Assembly: GCF_000015145.1 (NCBI RefSeq)
Contig: NC_008818.1
Span: 810,001-842,000 of the forward strand
Direction of reading: 5' to 3'
DNA: 32,000 bases
DNA from: Hyperthermus butylicus DSM 5456
GTDB taxonomy: Archaea; Thermoproteota; Thermoprotei_A; Sulfolobales; Pyrodictiaceae
Below the pieces are notes generated by a model. The model was not told the DNA's origin and searched no databases. It was given only the letters and a program-made list of their open reading frames with translations. The translations under genes were made by a program, and so were the position numbers. Positions 1-9,457 of this stretch are shown here, in pieces. Each line of letters starts with the position of its first letter. The stretch's first letter is position 1.

Positions 1-180
1 AGTTTTCTCCTTTGGAATATGGGCATCTCTTTTAGAGGCTCCTAGATACATCGCGGCGACGAGGACTAAACCTGCATCATCTACCTCGAGGCCACCAGCC
101 TTGTGGGCTTCGAGTAAGTGATCACCGTTTGTGTAGACGGTTAGTTGGTCCGACACCCTATTCCAGCCTTGCACCATCAT
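1..180 (-). CDS. C-terminally incomplete small ORF (MMVQGWNRVSDQLTVYTNGDHLLEAHKAGGLEVDDAGLVLVAAMYLGASKRDAHIPKEKT...), unknown function, runs off the window edge
   Basis: Open minus-strand frame from ATG ATG at 180-175 to the window edge; overlaps the 3' end of the homoserine kinase ORF. Confidence 0.4.
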   Translation of the reverse strand, partial: MMVQGWNRVSDQLTVYTNGDHLLEAHKAGGLEVDDAGLVLVAAMYLGASKRDAHIPKEKT

Positions 181-1119
181 AGTCCACGTCTACGACTCTA
201 GCCTCCAGAGACCCCCAATACTTCTCTAGCACGGCTGAGACCCTTCTCATAACCTGGTCCTCCTCACCCTCCCTTACAACTGCGAAGAGGGTTGGTCCTG
301 CGCCGCTTATGTTGAATGCTAGCGCGCCTGACTGGAGAGCCTCCTTCTTGGCTTCCCAATAGCCTGGAATCAGCTTTGCCCGTGTCGCCTCAATTGGACC
401 TCCATAATTTATTGTCTTTATTGCTTCGTATGGATCTGCACCGCTGAGGCCGAGGGCTAATGCAACCGCCTTTTCTACCCATTCAACTGCATCGCTGTGC
501 TCTATAGTTTCTGGGAGAACCTCCCTCATAACTTGTGTTTTAGCCTTTCCAGGCAACAGTCTTAACACCATTGTCTTCGGGATAAAGAGGACTATTCTCA
601 TGCCTGGCGGTAGTCTTAGCCGTGCTATTCTCGGTTTTTTACGGTTTAGCAGAATGACCAAACCACCCAGTAGGCTGGCAGCAACGTTATCGTAGTGTGG
701 TGCACCCGCTGTCAGCGCCTCAGCAAGGCCAGCAAATCGTACTAGCTCTATCGGCTCGAGAGGACTACCAAGGAGCGCGTTGATAGCGTACACCGTGGCT
801 GCCGCTGTAGCACCACTACTCCCGAGACCCATGCCGGGCGGTATGCCCTTCTCAACAGTATACGTACATGAAGCTTCTCATCTAGATACTCTAGCAGTTT
901 GCGGGCTGCCACGTATGCCGTGTTAGACTCACCACTAGGTGCACCAACAGCTTCAACTTCAACTCTCGGCTCTGAAGATTGTCTCCCAACAACTTCAACG
1001 GTGACTGTGTCGTATGCATAGCTCACAGCAAGTGCTGCAAGGTCGAAGAGTACGCCTAGATTAGCAATGCTTGATGGTGCTTTAACTCTCACCCTGGATA
1101 CTGTCATTGCAGTGCACAC
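158..1119 (-). CDS. thrB: Homoserine kinase (GHMP family), interrupted by a -1 frameshift near 850
   Basis: N-terminal part in ORF 748-1119 (VRVKAPSSIANLGVLFDLAALAV) and C-terminal part in ORF 158-832 (MGLGSSGATAAATVYAINALLG, NISGAGPTLFAVV). The frames join as LLR-KGIPPGMGLGSSGA, the GHMP motif. Confidence 0.85.
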
Positions 1120-1299
1120 CTATGGTATGCTAGGCCTTACTCGCTACCGGTAATTTGAACCTTTCTTATGGAGTTAGCCGGGAGACCATATAGAGCCAGA
1201 GCCACTGTAGGGCAATGATTGTAGATAGCATACTGCCCGTATGCTGACACGTGCTATCCTCATAAAAACATCTAGATAACCTATGCACCAGTGTAACCG

Positions 1300-2502
1300 G
1301 TGGCAGGCATGAGTACAAGACGTGATAGCCGTGAAAAGGGCCCTACCACGAAGGTTATCCAGGCACTGTCTTCAGCTCTGGGCAGCGACCCCTATGCTCC
1401 AATAGTTACCCCGATATATCGTACCGCGCCATTCATGTTTCCTAGAGAAGATTCGCCAATGATACGTGGTAGGCCCTACAAGTACTCTAGGGAGGATAAC
1501 CCAACCATAGTTACCCTAGAGAAGGCTATTACGATTCTCGAGGAGGGCGAAGACACGCTTGTATTTAACACCGGGATGGCTGCAATCTCGACTCTATTAT
1601 TTGCATTACTTGGCCCTGGCGACCGTGTAGTAGCGACACGGGAAGCCTATGGATCGACACTACACCTCCTCAAGGAGCTGGAGAGGTGGGGCGTCAAAGT
1701 CGTCCTAGCAGGCCCGGACAGCGGGGATATCGCCTCCGAGGCTAGCAAGCCTGGAACGAAACTCGTGTTTGTCGAGACTATTACTAACCCACTTCTACAT
1801 GTTACGGATGTACCAGAGGTTGCCAAGGCTGCAAGAGAGTCGGGGGCCATACTCGTAGTGGACAATACTTTTGCAACGCCAATCCTCTTCCGGCCCCTAC
1901 GCCACGGAGCTACGCTTGTAGTACACAGTCTAACCAAGTACATGGCTGGCCACAACGATGTAATGGGTGGCTCGGTAACCGGGCCAGCCAGCATAGTGTC
2001 TGACAGGCTCTGGGAGTGGAGGAAGATCATGGGTACAACTATGGATCCCGAGCAGGCATTCCTCGTGGCGAGGGGCTTGAAAACACTTGAAATCCGGGTG
2101 AAGAGGCATTGCGAGAACGCGCTCAAAATAGCTGAGTTCCTAGCTGAACACCCCAAGATACGCGAAGTGTACTATCCCGGCCTGCCTGGCAACCCATCTC
2201 ACAGTGTTGCAAAACGCCTATTCCCATCCGGTATGTATGGCGGAGTTGTAAGCTTTAGAGTTAGGGGAGGAAGAAACGAGGTACTGAAGCTGATGAGGAG
2301 GCTCACACTAGTAAAGCCTTCACCAAGCCTTGGAGCTCCAGAGAGCCTACTAGCATACCCTGTTGAGAGTAGCCATTCATCACTATCGCCGGAGGAGAGG
2401 AAAGCTCTCGGGATAACGGAGGACCTTGTCAGGCTCAGTGTAGGCCTTGAAAACTATGAAGATATAATAGAGGACCTCGACCAGGCACTATCGGCGTTAT
2501 AG
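1300..2502 (+). CDS. Trans-sulfuration PLP enzyme (cystathionine gamma-synthase / methionine gamma-lyase / O-acetylhomoserine sulfhydrylase family); start may be ATG at 1309
   Basis: Family motifs: YKYSREDNPT, VVDNTFATPILFRPLRHGATLVVHSLTKYMAGHNDVMGG, YPGLPGNPSH, SVGLENYEDIIEDL. Confidence 0.92.
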   Translation: MAGMSTRRDSREKGPTTKVIQALSSALGSDPYAPIVTPIYRTAPFMFPREDSPMIRGRPYKYSREDNPTIVTLEKAITILEEGEDTLVFNTGMAAISTLLFALLGPGDRVVATREAYGSTLHLLKELERWGVKVVLAGPDSGDIASEASKPGTKLVFVETITNPLLHVTDVPEVAKAARESGAILVVDNTFATPILFRPLRHGATLVVHSLTKYMAGHNDVMGGSVTGPASIVSDRLWEWRKIMGTTMDPEQAFLVARGLKTLEIRVKRHCENALKIAEFLAEHPKIREVYYPGLPGNPSHSVAKRLFPSGMYGGVVSFRVRGGRNEVLKLMRRLTLVKPSPSLGAPESLLAYPVESSHSSLSPEERKALGITEDLVRLSVGLENYEDIIEDLDQALSAL

Positions 2503-2586
2503 CTCGATCAATGTTTTACACACTAGCCGGAGAGGCTAGCTCACATACATACATACATCAAGCATTGTGTTTGGGGATTGTTAAAC

Positions 2587-3324
2587 CTAGGGCGTATCCA
2601 CCCCTAAAAACCTGTATAGTACTGGCTCCAGCCGTTTCCTAACCTCAAAGATGTGATAGCCGACTAGTATCTCCTTAGGCCACCTAGACGACTTCCTACG
2701 CGCCTCATCCCAGAGCCTCATATGCTTCCTCGGTAGGAATACCACTACCTCCCGGAGCCCCCTAGCAGTTAGGTTAAACATAACCTTCGCCAGTATGTCT
2801 GTCACTAAGCTGTGAAGCTTGGGGTTTTCGAGCACGATCTCCGGTGGGACTTCATAGCAGCAAGCAGGGTACTCCTCAGCCTTCTCGTATGGGACTAGGA
2901 CTAGGAGGTCGCTGAAGTATAGCCATTCTATGCCGCGTGGTTTGTTAGCCTTGCTGTCCCATAGGCCTAGACGGCGGAGGAGACCGCGAATACGTCTACT
3001 CACGGGGCTCTTGGTGTAAGGCTTGACATTACTGCAAGGTGTTACTATCGCAACGCTGCTCTGGGGCGTGTATTCCTCTCGGAGCCATGTCCACCACTTT
3101 GCTACTGCCGGGTGCTTGAATGCTTGAGGGCCGACAAGCTGTGGATCCAGAGGGGCTTCGTGGCGGGGCAAGAATCTCCCCTCACTGTCTTTACGGAAGC
3201 TTATCCTGCTAGGCCTAGCTGTCAAACTTATGCTTGGCTGATGCTGCAGACTATACTCTACTGCTGCCTCGGCCAAGACGACAACCCAGATAAGGTAATA
3301 CCCATGAAACCGTGTAAAAGCCAC
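2587..3324 (-). CDS. DUF5591-like protein (related to a domain of archaeosine synthase ArcS); N-terminal ~35 aa possibly not translated
   Basis: Segment SVAIVTPCSNVKPYTKSPVSRRIRGLLR ... GIEWLYFSDLLVLVPYEKAEEYPACCYEVPPEI resembles the DUF5591 region; not verified by search. Confidence 0.55.
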   Translation of the reverse strand: MAFTRFHGYYLIWVVVLAEAAVEYSLQHQPSISLTARPSRISFRKDSEGRFLPRHEAPLDPQLVGPQAFKHPAVAKWWTWLREEYTPQSSVAIVTPCSNVKPYTKSPVSRRIRGLLRRLGLWDSKANKPRGIEWLYFSDLLVLVPYEKAEEYPACCYEVPPEIVLENPKLHSLVTDILAKVMFNLTARGLREVVVFLPRKHMRLWDEARRKSSRWPKEILVGYHIFEVRKRLEPVLYRFLGVDTP

Positions 3325-3387
3325 GCGCCCCCACTCCAGAGCAGAGCGTCACCTCAGAGAACGAAGAGGTAGGAATGAAGGGGGAGC

Positions 3388-3468
3388 GGCGGACGGCTGA
3401 GCCACGCCAGGCCCGCTCATCAAGCCGCCAAGGGCGGCGGCTTTGCGGGCGGGCCCTGGAGTGCCGCC
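3388..3468. ncRNA. Candidate structured RNA, long imperfect hairpin
   Basis: Nested helices GGCGG/CCGCC, CCAGG/CCTGG, CCCGC/GCGGG, AGCCGCC/GGCGGCT in the gap upstream of the DUF5591-like gene. Confidence 0.35.
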
Positions 3469-3695
3469 ATGATATGATTATTGTAGTGCTAGACTCCCTT
3501 ATGAGGATACTCCTAAGCGGGTTACGACTGGCTAGTCTACAGGGGCTGAGCTGACTCGTTGTCTAATTCTATGTTCGAATTGCAGGACCGGATTAGAATG
3601 GTATATGGTATAGGAGCCATTATTTGGACATAGTATTGTTCACTACGAATGACTGTTAATACCATTATTGTGTCTTGAAGGAGGGGGAGAGTGTG

Positions 3696-4337
3696 ATGCG
3701 TATAGTTGATCTTACTATGACGTTGAAGACTGGCGCGCCCGTGTTCCCGGGTGATCCACTGCCAATAGTGCGTACATGGACCACTATAAGGGAGCATGGC
3801 TACTACTCGAATCTACTAGTGTTTGGCGAGCATACGGGAACCCATGTTGACGCTCCAGCACACTTCATTGAGGATGCACCTACGGTCGATGAGGTGCCAA
3901 TAGAGAGGTTTATGGGCAGGGGCGTGGTAATCGATGCTTCTAGCCTTGATGGGAAGGCGCTAATTAACAAGGAGTTTATCGAGGCTGAGCTGAAGAAGCT
4001 TGGGGTTAATGTTGGGCCTGGCTGGGTGGTGTTATTTTACACTGGCCACGACGAGAAGGCTGGTAAGCCCGAGTGGTTCGAGCATCCCGGCCTTGACGAG
4101 TCCGGGGCAAGATACCTCGCAGAGAGGAACGTCAATGCCGTGGGTATTGATGCTCCTAGTATAGACCATGAACCGTTTCCTGGCCACAGAATCTTGTTGT
4201 CGAGGGGCATATTGATATATGAGAATCTTACGAACCTACGAGAGCTGCTCGGCAGGCCAGGCTTCCAGTTCATCGGGCTTGCCGCTGAAGATTCTGAGAG
4301 GCTCAGCGAGTCCGGTGCGCGCCATAGCGATACTTGA
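3696..4337 (+). CDS. Cyclase family protein (kynurenine formamidase-like metal-dependent hydrolase); ORF track starts at 3675
   Basis: MRIVDLTMTLKTGAPVFPGDP..., FGEHTGTHVDAPAHF metal-binding motif, GIDAPSIDHEPFPGHRILL. Confidence 0.9.
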   Translation: MRIVDLTMTLKTGAPVFPGDPLPIVRTWTTIREHGYYSNLLVFGEHTGTHVDAPAHFIEDAPTVDEVPIERFMGRGVVIDASSLDGKALINKEFIEAELKKLGVNVGPGWVVLFYTGHDEKAGKPEWFEHPGLDESGARYLAERNVNAVGIDAPSIDHEPFPGHRILLSRGILIYENLTNLRELLGRPGFQFIGLAAEDSERLSESGARHSDT

Positions 4338-4497
4338 GGCATAAGCCGGGAGGCCAGGCAATGTTGTGACCTCTAAGCTATAGAATCGGGAAAGAGCCTA
4401 TTCCGACGGGGGAGGCGCAGAGGAGGCGGGTAGGACCGCCCGGAAGGACTGTAAAAGATGCAAATGGGAATGATCCTTCCTAGATCACCCTATCGTT

Positions 4498-5082
4498 TTA
4501 GTATACGCCTATGCTGAATATTCTCTCCTCATCTGCTACTGCTGCTTCGCCGCGCGGCGCTAGAGATAGGAAGCCTAGGCTAGCAAAGACCGCGCCAGCA
4601 GCAGCAAATGCCTTCGCTATGGCGGGGGTGCCGCCTATCTTGTCTATCAGATTCTTGGCAGCCTCGTTAGCCCAGGACACACCACCCCAGTCTACGATGG
4701 CGCCACTGGCAGTCTTCGTGGCCTCGTTGACGCTGCTTGCTCCGGCCACAGCTAGGAGCCACGCGACAGCCATCAACACAGCCCCGATCTTGAGGGCGTT
4801 GTTGTTAAGCTTTATCCCCAGCATCCAGATAGCAGCAATCCCCATAACATGGTAGAGGAGCAGCAGTACGCCACCAGTACCCGCTAGGCCCTCTGCGCCA
4901 CTATAGTAGCCCGTCAGTATTCCCGCCACGCCGAGCAGGCCAATCAACCCTATACCGGCGAAGGTTGGCTTACGAGCCTCCGCGCCATAGGATAGCCAGC
5001 CAGCAGCCGTCAATACCGCCGAACCTGGACCCGCAAAGGGAGCGGATAGGTAGCCTATGCTGAGCAGTATCTTGGAGTACAC
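4498..5082 (-). CDS. DUF996-like multi-pass membrane protein
   Basis: 194 aa with about 5 hydrophobic segments; pattern SKILLSIGYLSAPFAGPGSAVLTAAGWLSYGAEARK resembles archaeal DUF996. Confidence 0.6.
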   Translation of the reverse strand: MYSKILLSIGYLSAPFAGPGSAVLTAAGWLSYGAEARKPTFAGIGLIGLLGVAGILTGYYSGAEGLAGTGGVLLLLYHVMGIAAIWMLGIKLNNNALKIGAVLMAVAWLLAVAGASSVNEATKTASGAIVDWGGVSWANEAAKNLIDKIGGTPAIAKAFAAAGAVFASLGFLSLAPRGEAAVADEERIFSIGVY

Positions 5083-5269
5083 GCCGGGCTCCCCAGCACC
5101 TAGATGATAGGCAAGACTGGGCCTAGCAGTCTAGGGGGCTAGTAACACCGCTACAACCCAAAGATGATGTGTATGGAGAACTCTAAGAGCGTGCTAGGCG
5201 TGGAAGAATATTTGGAGAGAAGAATTGAAATACTGTTGAGGCTATCCTGTGCGGAAAACGGTTTGGCAG

Positions 5270-6361
<1,092 letters not shown>

Positions 6362-6386
6362 ACCCAGCCCTCACCCCTCACGCCTC

Positions 6387-7962
6387 CTACCTCCTCTTCA
6401 GCCTGGGCTCGACAACTGTCTCGAGGGCTAGGCCTAGGAGTACGAAGGCTAGCGAGGTAATGCCTATCAGTATGCCTGGTGGCAGTATCCACCACCAAAT
6501 TCCATAGCTACCTCCAGAGCCTATGTAGGCGCGTGCATCGGCTAGTATGCTACCCCATGTTGGTAGGCCGTGCTGTATGCCTAGCACACTGAGACCTGCC
6601 TCTGTCAAGATGGCGTTTGGCACCGAGAACACCAGCGTTGCCATAGCATATGGCACTATCTGTGGTATAATATGACGGAATATTATCCTCACGTTGGAGG
6701 CGCCTATCGCCCCTGGCAGCATCTATGTATGGCTCGGCCTTAATGCTAAGCGTCATGGAGCGCACTATGATTGCTAGGCCTCCCCAGCCCAGCACCACTA
6801 GGACGCCGATGATTACAAACAGCCTATACCACGGACTAACATCCATCGCTTGCAGCGCTACACCGATGAGCACTAGGATTGGTAGGAGTGGAATATTACC
6901 GATAACGTCCACTGTACGCTGTATAAGCTCGTCAACCCAGCCGCCATAGTAGCCGCTAACCACGCCCGCTATAAGGCCTATAATCACGCTAGATACGGCA
7001 GCAAAGAAGCCTATTAGCAGTGCTACAGGGAAGCCGTAGAGCAGGCCTAGGTATAGGTCGCGGCCCTTGTCATCGGTACCCATGTAGCCGTAGGCGGAGC
7101 CCTGCACTATTATCTCCAGCTCCTGTACACCAAGCCTATTCTGCTCTATCTGCTCCATGAGGGTTTGCATCCGCACGCCTGGAGCAGAGTACAGCAATAC
7201 AACGGTTATCTTATAGGTGCCCTGTAACGGTTCGACCGCACCGTTGACCATGCGGCCAAATAGCAGCTTAATAGCCATACCTTGCGCCCGCTCCCTGGTA
7301 AGGTTTTGCTCGCTGAAGATGCTGACAAACTGGTCAGCAAGTATATTAGCGTCATAACGCTCCACACCGCGCTCAGCTAGAGCCTTCACCGTCACCGTCT
7401 GTGGCCTATTGACGAGCACCGTTATGCCATCGGGCCGTGTGACGAATACGTACGGCGTTACATGTAGAGCCCTGCCACTAACGTTACCAGGATTAATCAC
7501 AAGGTATTTTATCAGCAGCCCCTTCGGAAACTGGGGCTCCTTAAGCTCGTATGTAAGAGTATAATTCTGCACATAGCCTGCACGCAGTATCGTCGTACCA
7601 GTGCCTGGCAGCGTAAAGTTCAGTATGCTGATACCGCTAGCCGTGGGCGAGTCATAGACCTTGGCTACGTGGGGAGCCGTCGGGGCACCGAATACGCTAA
7701 CCCAGGCAGGCTCTGCTAGCTCGGGATTACCCTCCCAGTACTTCATGTTGTAGGTCCACTTGTCGACGAAGTCTGGAGGCATTGTTGTAATAGCGTATAC
7801 TGATATGACAACAAGCGCTACAACCAATATTATTCCAAGCTTGCCCATAGTCTGGCTCCAGACTTCCTTAAGCACCTCCCTTACGCCACGGAGTCTTTCA
7901 GACCAGGTTCTCCGGAGGGCCATCTCCGCACCACGAGTACCCATCCTACGAGCCACGCCCAC
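6387..7962 (-). CDS. Peptide ABC transporter permease (DppC type), interrupted by a +1 frameshift at about 6710-6713
   Basis: ORF 6550-7962 gives the N-terminal region plus GTDDKGRDLYLGLLYG and the core up to AEPYIDAAR. ORF 6387-6722 continues AIGASNVRIIFRHIIPQIVPYAM...VEPRLKRR in another frame. Confidence 0.88.
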
Positions 7963-7990
7963 GTCACCCCCGGAGGCACATGTTTCGGGG

Positions 7991-9076
7991 CTAGTATCTC
8001 ACCCTCGGGTCTAACGCGACGTAGAGAACTTCTAGTATGAACCTAGCAACTATGTAGACAACCGTTGTTATGTAGACGAGGCCTATTATTGTGGGTGCAT
8101 CGCCGCTCGAGATAGCCGCGTAGTATAGCGAGCCCATGCCCGGCCAGTTGAACACCGACTCCGTGATGATGAAGCCACCAATGCTAGTCGCAAGTGATAG
8201 TATGACAATGGTTGCTACTGGGCCCGCAATAACCCTTAGTATGTAGCGGCGTATCACCAGCCTCTCCGGCAGCCCCTTAGCCCTAGCCACAGCCACGTAG
8301 TCCTCACCTACAACACGCAGAGCTATAGCACGCACGCCGTAGAGCCAACCGCCAAGCAACGCTATGACAACGGTGGTTATTGGCAGCCAGGAGTAGTAGA
8401 GAAGCCCCTTTAGTGCACCCACCGGGTCCTCGGTGAAACTATTAATGTACTTTATAACACCATGATAGTTTGTCGGCGCTATACGCAAGTGGTAGCCAAA
8501 GATGAAGATGAACAGTATGCCAAGCCACCACACTGGCAACGCATTCATGAGCGCTGCATAACTGATAGCAGCCCTGTCAAGAAGGCTCCCACGTCTGTAG
8601 GCTATGAGAGGTGCTAGCCACAAAGCAATAATTGTACAGATAATCTCGGCAATAGTCAACATAACCACTGTACGCGGCAGCGTTATCAGTATAGCATCCT
8701 TAACCTTTAGCGGCAGCTGCTCACCAACAATGTTTGCAACCTCCTCGCTCTTCACATACCCCAAATCAAGTATCAGCGCCCTCACAGCCATGGGGACAAC
8801 ACGCTGAGTCCAGGGCTTATCAAGTCCATAAATTTGGACCAGCTCTTGTCTGCGTTGCTCAACGAGCTTCTGAATATCTGCTGTAGGAATATTCTGCTGC
8901 ACCAGCTGCTGCCTATACGCTTGCAGCTCAGTCTCAACAATAGCCTGCAGAATCTTCTTATCATAGCCCGTAGCACCGATAATCACCGCCGTCGCCAACA
9001 TTATTACGACTAGGGCTATTGTTAGTAGAACAGCACGGCGAACGAGAACACTAATAATCCTAGACGTTGACGACAA
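7991..9076 (-). CDS. Peptide ABC transporter permease (DppB type)
   Basis: EAA-type loop VVGEDYVAVARAKGLPERLVIRRYILR; TMs; TESVFNWPGMGSLYYAAI; ALDPRVRY C-terminus. Confidence 0.93.
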   Translation of the reverse strand: MSSTSRIISVLVRRAVLLTIALVVIMLATAVIIGATGYDKKILQAIVETELQAYRQQLVQQNIPTADIQKLVEQRRQELVQIYGLDKPWTQRVVPMAVRALILDLGYVKSEEVANIVGEQLPLKVKDAILITLPRTVVMLTIAEIICTIIALWLAPLIAYRRGSLLDRAAISYAALMNALPVWWLGILFIFIFGYHLRIAPTNYHGVIKYINSFTEDPVGALKGLLYYSWLPITTVVIALLGGWLYGVRAIALRVVGEDYVAVARAKGLPERLVIRRYILRVIAGPVATIVILSLATSIGGFIITESVFNWPGMGSLYYAAISSGDAPTIIGLVYITTVVYIVARFILEVLYVALDPRVRY

Positions 9077-9457
9077 GAGCTAGCACCTCCCCCTATTGCC
9101 CTTAGTCCCAGCTACCATAGAACCCAGCTCGTGGGAATATAATTATAACTGCAACAGCCATGTTGATCAGGAAGAATACCGGGGAACAAGTATACAGAGA
9201 CCACCATCCAGGACCCCTAGAACCCGTACAACACTGAACACATGAGAGGTGAAGTCTCACCCTCTGTAGACGCTCCAAACAAACAAACCACGTCTTACAG
9301 AGGGGCTGACTTTTGATTTAACGAATTCCGGAATGGGGCTGAAGCGCTAGGAGAAGTTATGGAAGGAAAGACCGGTGAGGGTGTGCGAAAAATAATGTGT
9401 GGAACGTCTTGTGGGAAATAGTTGCTAATCATGCTGACGCCATGCTAGCGTTTATGC

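Noticed and set aside
3112-3372. Plus-strand 86-aa ORF
   Set aside because: Overlaps the DUF5591-like gene in antisense and has no recognisable features.
4400-4497. GGCGG-gtagga-CCGCC hairpin between convergent cyclase and DUF996 genes
   Set aside because: Short 5-bp hairpin; could be a fortuitous or 3' UTR structure, not enough to call an RNA or terminator.
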